Source of the DNA: Candidatus Latescibacterota bacterium
GTDB lineage: Bacteria; Latescibacterota; UBA2968
Length of the DNA: 64,000 nt
NCBI GenBank assembly: GCA_965262145.1
Contig: OZ253501.1
Location: forward strand, 4,260,946 to 4,324,945
Direction of reading: 5' to 3'
The notes under the pieces were generated by a model that was not told the DNA's origin, did not search any database, and worked only from the letters and a program-made list of their open reading frames with translations. The position numbers and the translations under genes were made by a program. Shown here one piece after another: positions 10,271 to 18,440 of the stretch (the first letter of the stretch is position 1; the number at the start of each line of letters is the position of its first letter).

Positions 10271-10403
10271 CCTACCCTCCTGTATTATATCGCAATATCA
10301 AACACCTATTTCCAAATAAATTTAAAGCATTTCAACACGGTTGACAAGTACATCGAAACAAATAACCGGTCAATCTCATCGTCGAGGTTAACCGGTTGGT
10401 TTT

Positions 10404-10477
10404 TGGAGGTGCCGGGCGGATTTGAACCGCCGATAAAGGCTTTGCAGGCCTCTGCCTTACCGCTTGGCCACGGCACC
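10404..10477 (-). tRNA. tRNA-Cys (anticodon GCA)
   Basis: The reverse complement is GGTGCCGTGGCCAAGCGGTAAGGCAGAGGCCTGCAAAGCCTT...GGTTCAAATCC...CGGCACCTCCA. It shows a cloverleaf with anticodon GCA and an encoded CCA. Confidence 0.85.
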
Positions 10478-10546
10478 CGATATGCTGTTTTGATATGCGA
10501 AGCGTTAAAATACCGTACTTTATGCCGAATGTCAAGGGGGGTATAT

Positions 10547-11206
10547 TTAACGCGCAGCCCAGTTAATGCCGCGTCGCTGGATCTCTTTTGCCTCTGGGAC
10601 ATCAAAATCTACGGCTTTGTGCCCCAAGGAAGAGTAAAACACGCGCCCCTGCCCCCACATGCGCTTCCAAACCACCGGCATAACACAGCCATTGACCCAG
10701 GGGGCCACATCGGTCTCAAACGTCGTTGTCACCAACACTTCATTACCCGGATCGGTGTGCATATAATACTGCTCGGAATGCATCGCAAAATCGCTCAGCC
10801 CCGCCACAATCGGATCGTCCGCTTTTTCCGGCACAATATTGACCTCATAATCGATCACCCCACCCGGATGCGACACCCATTGCCCGCCCGTCATCCACTG
10901 ATAGCCCGTATTATTGCGAAACGCATCGCACATCCCACCGTGCCAGCCAGCCAGCCCAACGCCGCCATTAATCGCCTTTTGAAGCCCCTGCTCCTGTTCT
11001 TTTTCTATGCTGCCCATCGTCCAGCACGGCACAACAACGCTTAGCTCCGACATATAATCCGCATCCGTATAAACATCCATGGAATCGCGAACATCCACGT
11101 CAAACCCATCCGCTTCCAGCAGCGGTGCGAAAACATCTACACATTCCTTTGGCTCATGCCCGGCCCAACCACCCCATACCATCAAAGCTTTCTTGCTCAT
11201 CTTCAT
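10547..11206 (-). CDS. ThuA-like (trehalose-utilisation, class-I glutamine-amidotransferase-like) protein
   Basis: It is 219 aa. 'GGWAGHEP...GWHGG' and the C-terminal 'RVFYSSLGH' region match the ThuA family. Confidence 0.7.
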   Translation of the reverse strand: MKMSKKALMVWGGWAGHEPKECVDVFAPLLEADGFDVDVRDSMDVYTDADYMSELSVVVPCWTMGSIEKEQEQGLQKAINGGVGLAGWHGGMCDAFRNNTGYQWMTGGQWVSHPGGVIDYEVNIVPEKADDPIVAGLSDFAMHSEQYYMHTDPGNEVLVTTTFETDVAPWVNGCVMPVVWKRMWGQGRVFYSSLGHKAVDFDVPEAKEIQRRGINWAAR

Positions 11207-11233
11207 CTCTCCTTTTGTGTTTTTGTAAATCTA

Positions 11234-12289
11234 TCAATCACCCAGCGCAAAGACCAGGCCTCTTTCTTCTGCTGTTTTCTTCAGGTCATTTAACGCAACG
11301 GCATTCAAGGGGATACCATGTGTGCGATACGCGTCGCGCCGCAGGGCTTCGGGTTCACCAGGAACAAATAGCCGATCCACCCCAGGTGCCCTTTTGCAAG
11401 CGTGAATCTGCTGAATCGCTTTGTCAACCCGCGCCTTGAATCGCGCCACATCTTCAAAAGCACTCACCCGAATAGCCGCCACAAAATGGCCATCTTCACC
11501 TGCATGTGGCCCCTCTTCCATATTGCCCAATTCAGTGCCATAGCTCGCGCCGGACAGCATGGAAGACAAAATCCCCATCACCATGGCCAAAGCGACGCCC
11601 TTGAATTGCCCAATCGGCATCAACAGGCCATCAATCGCCTTTACGGGATCGGTCGTCGGCACCCCGTCCGCATCCATGGCCCACCCTTCTGGCAAGGTCA
11701 GTCCTTTTTGTTCATATACGCGGAGTTTCCCATGTGCAGAGCCGGAAAATGCCGCGTCAAAAACAATGGGAAAATCTCCACCAGTGGGAATCGCCACGCT
11801 CAAAGGATTGATACCCAGAATCCGCTCGGCCCCTCCCCATGGGGCCATTGTGGGCAAAGCATTGGTCGTCACAATCCCAATCATATCGCAATCCAGCGCC
11901 ATACGCGCAAAATACCCCACCGCACCGCAGTGATTACTCCCCCGAATACCCGCGGCCGCCATGCCGATATCCCGAGCGCGTGCAATCACCTGCTGCATCG
12001 CAAACGCCGTCCCAATCTGCCCCATAGAATTGCCCCCATCCACCACGAGACACGCCCCATTATCCTTCACGACCTCGGGCTTGCCGTTTGGATCTACCCC
12101 TTCCACCGTCAACTTCCTCACGTATTCGGGCACGCGCAATACCCCGTGCGAATTCACCCCGCCGAGGTCCGCATCCACCAGCGAATCCGCCAACAGATGT
12201 GCATCTCCTGCACGCATCCCACACGTTTCAAAAATGGCCTGCACCAAATCCAACAGCGCCCCAGCAGCCACGCGCGTTTCGTTCTCCAT
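11234..12289 (-). CDS. Ldh_2 family (malate/L-lactate/ureidoglycolate dehydrogenase type 2) oxidoreductase
   Basis: It carries the 'GVNSHGVLRVPEYV' motif. I chose the start at the internal Met 'MENETRV' so the gene does not overlap the downstream PhyH gene. Confidence 0.7.
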   Translation of the reverse strand: MENETRVAAGALLDLVQAIFETCGMRAGDAHLLADSLVDADLGGVNSHGVLRVPEYVRKLTVEGVDPNGKPEVVKDNGACLVVDGGNSMGQIGTAFAMQQVIARARDIGMAAAGIRGSNHCGAVGYFARMALDCDMIGIVTTNALPTMAPWGGAERILGINPLSVAIPTGGDFPIVFDAAFSGSAHGKLRVYEQKGLTLPEGWAMDADGVPTTDPVKAIDGLLMPIGQFKGVALAMVMGILSSMLSGASYGTELGNMEEGPHAGEDGHFVAAIRVSAFEDVARFKARVDKAIQQIHACKRAPGVDRLFVPGEPEALRRDAYRTHGIPLNAVALNDLKKTAEERGLVFALGD

Positions 12290-12300
12290 TGCGCTATCCC

Positions 12301-13038
12301 TCAATGCTTGCACGCCACATGCCGATCTTCGTATATTCCCTTCACAAATTTTTCGGGATTGAGTGCTTCGGGCAAATAATGCCATGCCGTGCTATAGCGC
12401 GTGCGATTGCTGTGATTGTCATTGGAACCGTGCAGGAGATTGGCGGAAAACAGAACAACAGTACCCGCGGGAATGATCAAATCAACAGCCCGTGATTCTT
12501 CGACCTTTGTCCAACTGCCATGCCTGCCTGGGTTTCTGCGGTGCTCGACAATCTCACCCATCCGGTGACTGCCGGGCACCACCCGCAAACACCCATTCTC
12601 CACATCGGAATCTTCCAGATAAACACCGCAACTGATAATGCGATCCGTATCGGTCCCAAAATAATAATTGTCCTGATGCCAGCCCGTTGATGTGCCGCCA
12701 TTGGGCAACTTCGGAAAAAACTTGGTACCAAACAAATCGATATTTTCACCAATCAATGCCGCCACGCGGTCTAAAATCACCGGCTCGCGCGCCAGTTCCA
12801 ACACGCGGGCATCGACCACGCAAACGCCCTGAATTTTGTGCAACAAACCCGCCCGAGGTTCACCGCGCTCGTCTAACTCAAGCGTCCAGTGCGGCACCTC
12901 CTCGGTCAGTTCGCGACCCTCTGCAACCAGTTCATCAAACACCTGCTTGTAATAGGCCAATCGCTCGCCCTGGATCAGACTCTCAAAAACGAGATAGCCA
13001 TCTTCTCGAAACTGCTGCACCTGTTCCTCGGTCAACAT
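12301..13038 (-). CDS. Phytanoyl-CoA dioxygenase (PhyH) family protein, second copy
   Basis: It has 'WHQDNYYF' and a conserved C-terminal His. It is a paralog of 9365-10270. Confidence 0.75.
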   Translation of the reverse strand: MLTEEQVQQFREDGYLVFESLIQGERLAYYKQVFDELVAEGRELTEEVPHWTLELDERGEPRAGLLHKIQGVCVVDARVLELAREPVILDRVAALIGENIDLFGTKFFPKLPNGGTSTGWHQDNYYFGTDTDRIISCGVYLEDSDVENGCLRVVPGSHRMGEIVEHRRNPGRHGSWTKVEESRAVDLIIPAGTVVLFSANLLHGSNDNHSNRTRYSTAWHYLPEALNPEKFVKGIYEDRHVACKH

Positions 13039-13053
13039 AAAATCCTTCCTTTC

Positions 13054-14037
13054 TCATTTTTCACCGCGAATTTTCCGATTCAACCGCGCGGCCTTCACCA
13101 ACTCGCGCTCCAACAATTGATAATAGACCGCCGAATCCATCGTCGCTTTCTTTTTTACCAGAGCCTGCACCTCGTCAATAGCCTTGCCATAAGCAGCAAC
13201 AAGCGCGGGTTCCGTACCTTTGGGAACGCGAAAATTGAGTAAAAAACAACGGTCTGCCAACATCCCATCGCCCTCGGCAATATCGGACAGACGCGTACCC
13301 AAACCATCGCCGTTATCGTCCAAAATCGCGTTCTCTGTCGCAATCAGGCCCTCACTCAAAAACCACGCATCTGTCAGTGAAGATGCCTGTGTGCAAATCT
13401 CCAAAATCGAAATGCGATCATCGCGATTTTGATCGGCACTGCCATCCTCCAATGCCTGCACAAAAAACCGCATAAATTGCGTGGCATTGAGCTGATCCGT
13501 ACTGCGCGTACTCGCGCATATAATACGCCCATCTCGACTCAGAGCATTGACAAAAGGCGCGCTCATCGACGCACTATTAACAACGACTATCCGCCGCGCA
13601 GATATCGATTTCAAAAAGCCGTCCAAGCCTTCAATTGTCAAATCCGCACCGGGGATATTCAGCTTGCCAACCTGGCGCCGATAGCTCCCGTGTCCAATTA
13701 AAAAAATGAACACATCATCACTCGGCGTTACCCGCTCTGACAAACGGCGAAATGCATTGCGTATGCCTTCTATTGACGCCGCGCCATCGGCATTCTCACC
13801 CGTCTCATTTACCAATTGTACATTTGCTACGGGATGATCGCATCGCTCAATCAGCACCCGGCGCAGGCGCTTCCCCCACCCGTCAAACTGCTCGGCATAC
13901 ACATCCTCGCCACCACTACCACTAATAATCACATCGAAAATCGCAGCATCCACCCGCGCCAACATCAACACCCAAATGGGGAACACCCATAACGCGCTTT
14001 TTTTCACGGCTCTCCCCGCTTCCGTCTCAAATACCAT
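13054..14037 (-). CDS. Hypothetical secreted protein at the distal end of the MoxR/Bat-type operon
   Basis: It is 327 aa with an N-terminal hydrophobic segment. It has a weak legumain/caspase-like 'IGHGS...VVVNSASMS' arrangement, but no catalytic Cys. Confidence 0.5.
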   Translation of the reverse strand: MVFETEAGRAVKKSALWVFPIWVLMLARVDAAIFDVIISGSGGEDVYAEQFDGWGKRLRRVLIERCDHPVANVQLVNETGENADGAASIEGIRNAFRRLSERVTPSDDVFIFLIGHGSYRRQVGKLNIPGADLTIEGLDGFLKSISARRIVVVNSASMSAPFVNALSRDGRIICASTRSTDQLNATQFMRFFVQALEDGSADQNRDDRISILEICTQASSLTDAWFLSEGLIATENAILDDNGDGLGTRLSDIAEGDGMLADRCFLLNFRVPKGTEPALVAAYGKAIDEVQALVKKKATMDSAVYYQLLERELVKAARLNRKIRGEK

Positions 14038-16358
14038 TCAAGACAGAGCAACAACACAAGTAGAATATAAAAAGGTGGAAAATGCCACAACGGAAAACGA
14101 TCCAACCGCGCATGGGCCTGGTCGGTATATGGAATCTGCTCGGCCAATTGGTCCAGCGCATCCAACTCGATAAATTTGCCCCCTGTGTGTGCAGACAAGC
14201 GCCTTAAAAAATCGGGATTATAACGCGCAGACAAAAACTCGAGATGATCTGGACGCGCCAGCACAGCCCCTTCCAACTGCCCAACATCCGCGCCATCGGC
14301 ACGTGCAATAAGTCTTACGCGGTGCAATCCCGCTTCTGTAGCTTCAAAGGTCGCAGAATACGCACCCACCTCGGCAATGGATTCAGAAACTGGCAACCTA
14401 ATCGTCCCGCCATTCGGTATCTCGACCTGCACATCAACGGACAGCCCCTCACGGGGTTCAAACAGGGAATCGCGCACCACAAACTTCAATTCGCGCATGT
14501 CCCCCACCACAACATCCTCGCCGCTATCGATCATCGTCACAGGCTCGGGTACCCGCATCGCCAACAAACGCGCCAACTGCCGCCAAAAGCGTTCGTGGGC
14601 TGCATCGTCAACATTTTGCATCATCTGCCACTGCCATGTCTCGCCCGTACCCAGTGCCGCACTCAAACCCTCTCCATATCGCTGCCAGGCAAACAGCGGT
14701 TGCCCATCCACAGCTTCAGACTCAGTATCCACCGTCGCCATCACCGTTGCACCAGCGCGCACAGACACAAATGCATTGACCCCGTAAAGCGCGGATAAAT
14801 TTGCCCACTGCTCGGCATTGACTTCGGCATCTTCGCTTAAAGACCAGACCCCCGACAACAAGCCTTCAATCGTCGGCCTCGCGCGAAAAGCCACATCGTC
14901 GTAATCGCCAGCAGGCCCCAACACAACGGGCAACATCGGTTCAATTGTCGAATGTGCCCACCCACCTTCTGAGTATGCACGCGGACCGCCTAACATCAAA
15001 AAACTGCCCCCACGTTTGGACACAAATTCCCGCGTTAAATTGAGTTGGGCAAGAGAAAAGAAATCGCGCTCAATATCCCCCCAGATCACCAGGTGATAGC
15101 GAAAAAGCTCTGAAACATCTGAGGGATACCCACTCGCCAACTCCGATTTTGACACGCCAATCCGAATAAAAACCGCTTCATCATAACGCGGCGCATTCAG
15201 CGCCTGATCGTCAAAACCCTCAAAAAGGGGATTCGCCATCGTCGCATCGCGCCCCCGAAATACAAACTTGCGCTCGGCACCAGAAATGCGAACCAGACTC
15301 GACAGAGCCAGTTGCGGTGCCCCATCTAAAGCGCGCCGCAAAAACTTGCCCTCCCAATTGGGCCGCCCGCTAAAATACAAAATGCGAAAAATTCGCTCGC
15401 GATTATTCACCAGAATATCCCGAGCATTATTCTCAGCAATGCGGTCTTTTGTCGCAACGCCCGTAGTATCTGCCAAACGCACACGCACGCGGTGCGCCAG
15501 CCAGCCATCTTCTTGTGGATCAAAATGGAGCCGAACGTAATTCTCTTCTTGCGGCCCTACAATAGAAAGCGGTGACGACGCCACCACCCGCTTGCCATCC
15601 AATACATCGACCATCACCTCTTCACCACCCAACCCCTCGGCCACTACCCGCGCTTTAACCGCTACCTCGTCGGAGCGCACGCGCGACACAGACACATCGG
15701 CCAATGCGAGATCGCGCCATAGATCATCGCGTCCTATCCCCACCGTAAAAACGGGCACATCGCGGGGCAAATCCGTCAAAGGCGCGGGCGCGGCACTTTG
15801 CTGCACCCCATCGCTAAACACCACCACCGCCGACACCGCAGCCCCCGACATTTGCTTGAGCACCCCGCGCACTGCGCCGACAATATCTGATCGCCTCTGA
15901 TCAAACGCGAGGCCTTCAACCTCATTTACGCGCGCTGTTGTGCTGCCAAACCGAAACCGCGCCACCTGGTGGGACTGCGTCAACACGCGCTCAAAATCCG
16001 ACGCCTGATACGCCTGCACAAATCGTTCTGCTCGCGTCTGTCCACCATTTTCGGACACCGTCATACTGCGGGAATCATCGAACAAAACAGGCACAAAATG
16101 CGTGCCAGGCTCCAACTTCCGCGCCACCAGCGCAGGCCCCAATAACAAAAACAGCACCAACGTTAATGCCAGCGCGCGCAACCCAATCAACACCTTTGAA
16201 AGTGCGGGTCGTCGCCTGTGCCAGAACCCCACACCCGCACAAAAAACAACGCCGAGCAAGACCAGCGCCACAGGCCATGCGACATCCAGTGCAAACCGCA
16301 CATCGCGATACGCAACGGCGCGATCCCCGGCCAATAAGTGTAATAACCAGTCAGTCAT
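14004..16358 (-). CDS. Large membrane-anchored protein of a Bat/MoxR-type locus (vWA-like then GATase1-like architecture)
   Basis: It is 784 aa with two N-terminal TM helices. The family is typical of planctomycete-like Bat operons. It ends with a TM helix and a basic tail. Confidence 0.65.
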   Translation of the reverse strand: MTDWLLHLLAGDRAVAYRDVRFALDVAWPVALVLLGVVFCAGVGFWHRRRPALSKVLIGLRALALTLVLFLLLGPALVARKLEPGTHFVPVLFDDSRSMTVSENGGQTRAERFVQAYQASDFERVLTQSHQVARFRFGSTTARVNEVEGLAFDQRRSDIVGAVRGVLKQMSGAAVSAVVVFSDGVQQSAAPAPLTDLPRDVPVFTVGIGRDDLWRDLALADVSVSRVRSDEVAVKARVVAEGLGGEEVMVDVLDGKRVVASSPLSIVGPQEENYVRLHFDPQEDGWLAHRVRVRLADTTGVATKDRIAENNARDILVNNRERIFRILYFSGRPNWEGKFLRRALDGAPQLALSSLVRISGAERKFVFRGRDATMANPLFEGFDDQALNAPRYDEAVFIRIGVSKSELASGYPSDVSELFRYHLVIWGDIERDFFSLAQLNLTREFVSKRGGSFLMLGGPRAYSEGGWAHSTIEPMLPVVLGPAGDYDDVAFRARPTIEGLLSGVWSLSEDAEVNAEQWANLSALYGVNAFVSVRAGATVMATVDTESEAVDGQPLFAWQRYGEGLSAALGTGETWQWQMMQNVDDAAHERFWRQLARLLAMRVPEPVTMIDSGEDVVVGDMRELKFVVRDSLFEPREGLSVDVQVEIPNGGTIRLPVSESIAEVGAYSATFEATEAGLHRVRLIARADGADVGQLEGAVLARPDHLEFLSARYNPDFLRRLSAHTGGKFIELDALDQLAEQIPYTDQAHARLDRFPLWHFPPFYILLVLLLCLEWYLRRKRGEP

Positions 16359-16402
16359 AGAATGCGAGTAAACAGAGTTTTTGGACGACTTGGTTGGTAG
16401 TG

Positions 16403-17053
16403 TTAGCCATGGGGATATACCTTTCCGGGATCAAGCGATTGACCGAGAAACCGCAAGGCTCTTTCCAAGGTACCGAAGCACGGCACATCGGCGTCTCGCA
16501 AGCGGTCAAAGTCGAGCATCTGCGTCATCGGAAGTTGGTCGAGCGTTGGTTTGTAGCTTCTATTCGAGGGGTAGTGGTTAGACAGCCACTCTTTGACGCC
16601 CCTTCTCGCTTCCCACGATGTTCCCTCCCATGAAGTTCCCTCTTTCAGACCGGGACGATCTCGTCCTGCCTGATCTTTGACCGGTTTGCCTGCTATGAGA
16701 TCAAGGCACGGCAGGAAAAGCACTTCATATTCGGGGTGCAGCAAGACGACTGAGGACGGAAAGGGGAGGTTGAGTTGTCGCAGCCAGTTCGCCATCTCTG
16801 GTCCTCGTTCTTTCGGACAGTCATCGTCTTCGTCGCGGAGTATAAGGAGCGCGCGGACATTTACCCGTGTACGAATGTACTCTGCTCCTTTTCGCAGGCC
16901 CTCTTCCGAGTGTAGATTTTTCCAGCGAATAGGATTTGACCAGGGAAAATAGATGTCGAGATCAGCGGAAAGTCGCGTGAGAAGATTTCCTACTGCTTGG
17001 ACCTCGCCGTGTCCTTCCACCAAGGCGTAAGCTGTTCCCCCCGGGTTTATCAC
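16403..17053 (-). CDS. DUF4276-family protein, TOPRIM-like putative nuclease partner of the upstream ATPase
   Basis: It is 216 aa. An N-terminal 'LVEGHGE' Glu and a 'LILRDEDDDC' acidic DxD block resemble TOPRIM. Its start overlaps the ATPase stop (ATGA). Confidence 0.55.
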   Translation of the reverse strand: MINPGGTAYALVEGHGEVQAVGNLLTRLSADLDIYFPWSNPIRWKNLHSEEGLRKGAEYIRTRVNVRALLILRDEDDDCPKERGPEMANWLRQLNLPFPSSVVLLHPEYEVLFLPCLDLIAGKPVKDQAGRDRPGLKEGTSWEGTSWEARRGVKEWLSNHYPSNRSYKPTLDQLPMTQMLDFDRLRDADVPCFGTLERALRFLGQSLDPGKVYPHG

Positions 17054-18204
17054 TTGGCGGTCTCCTGTTCCTCTTGCCGCAGTCCCTCCATTGTCATCAG
17101 TTCACCCAACCTTAAAAGACGATCAGAGACCGCTTTGCGTTGGTATTGGGCCATAGGGTGGATGCTCGTCGCGCCATTTGTGCGTTCCACAACTTGGACT
17201 TCGTGTGGTTTTACCAAGTCCAAAAGTTCGGGGCTGTGGGTTGTGATGATTACTTGGCTTTGCTTGCTCGCCTGTCGCAGGTAGTCCATCAGAAGGGGTA
17301 ATGCGCCGGGGTGAACGGTCAGTTCAGGTTCTTCAATGCCAATAATTGGCAACGGTGGTTCTTGGAGCAGGGCTGTCAAGATTCCCGCGACGCGGAGTGT
17401 GCCATCGGATTCTTGATACATATTGAACCACTTATCCTCCTTTTTCGACCCGTGCCTGAATTGGGCCACGCGGTTACTTGGATCTCCGGTCACTCTGACA
17501 TCCCTAATATCCCCAGTGAGCCGGTTGAGTCCAGCTACGAGATCAGATTTCATTGAAGATTCCTGACTTTCCAAGACCGAGACCCAGTTGTCGCCATGTC
17601 TGTTCATTTGTTCGGAAAAGACGTGATTCTGGATCAACAGCATTTGGTTGGGATAAATTGAGTAAATCACCAAACGCGAGAGCAGGTCAAAAAGGGAGGT
17701 GAACCTTTTGTCGCCAGCGACCATTGGAAGCGCGAGGCTGATGGGGTTTATTTGTGGCACAAGTCCCGGCGGTCCGGCCCATGGACTACCCATTCCATCA
17801 TGATGATCAAGCGTGAAACTCACTTCTTCTCGGTCTATAGAAAGACGGGCCTCTTCCAATTTGACTCCGAACGCTTGTCTTTGATACGAAGCGATTTCGA
17901 ATGCGTAGGAGCCTGGGCCTGATTCCAGTTTAACGTCGAGCTTAATGGAAATGTTATGTGAATCGCTTGAACCCCGATGCCTGATCGCGTCAAAGCCTCC
18001 CCGAACGCTAAGTGCGTGTGAGAGGCCCATGTGCATGGCATCGCGGACGAAGGTAAGCACATCAACAACGTTGCTCTTGCCCGAACCGTTGGGGCCAACG
18101 AGGACGGTCAAGGGTCCCAAAGGAATGTGCTGCTCCCGTCCTATACTTTTGTAGTTCGAGACAGTGATTCCCGTGATTTTCGTACGCTGTTTGTTCATGT
18201 TCAA
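17050..18204 (-). CDS. AAA_21/ABC-type ATPase (OLD/AriA/PtuA-like)
   Basis: It has a Walker A 'GPNGSGKSN', a Q-loop and signature-like 'QESDGTLRVAGIL', and a Walker B/D-loop 'IGIEEPELTVHP'. The length is 384 aa. Confidence 0.85.
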   Translation of the reverse strand: MNMNKQRTKITGITVSNYKSIGREQHIPLGPLTVLVGPNGSGKSNVVDVLTFVRDAMHMGLSHALSVRGGFDAIRHRGSSDSHNISIKLDVKLESGPGSYAFEIASYQRQAFGVKLEEARLSIDREEVSFTLDHHDGMGSPWAGPPGLVPQINPISLALPMVAGDKRFTSLFDLLSRLVIYSIYPNQMLLIQNHVFSEQMNRHGDNWVSVLESQESSMKSDLVAGLNRLTGDIRDVRVTGDPSNRVAQFRHGSKKEDKWFNMYQESDGTLRVAGILTALLQEPPLPIIGIEEPELTVHPGALPLLMDYLRQASKQSQVIITTHSPELLDLVKPHEVQVVERTNGATSIHPMAQYQRKAVSDRLLRLGELMTMEGLRQEEQETAK

Positions 18205-18289
18205 CTCTCTTTCAGCAAAGCATTTAGAGTCTCTAACATTTTCCGAAAACGATCAAGAGTCGATTCGTCTAACTCTTTCTCAAGTGAAC

Positions 18290-18439
18290 TTATCTGATCG
18301 CTGAAGTAGCGAGCCGGGCGGTAATGTTTGATTCAATCCGCAACTTCTGCTCGATCCGCGCGATGACATCGGGCGGAAGCGGCCGGAGGTCGTCGAGCTC
18401 TCTCTTGAGGCGATCAACGGTTTCGATGATGTTGGGCAT
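18290..18439 (-). pseudogene. Truncated Fic-family N-terminal fragment (49 codons)
   Basis: 'MPNIIETVDRLKRELDDLRPLPPDVIARIEQKLRIESNIT' resembles the Fic N-terminal 'LRPLPPE..L..W.RIE.TY.SNAIEGNTL' motif. The frame then terminates with no catalytic domain. Confidence 0.3.
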
Positions 18440-18440
18440 A

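Noticed and set aside
10403-11044. 213-aa plus-strand ORF
   Set aside because: It overlaps tRNA-Cys and is antisense to the ThuA-like gene. Its composition is Pro/His/Arg-rich.
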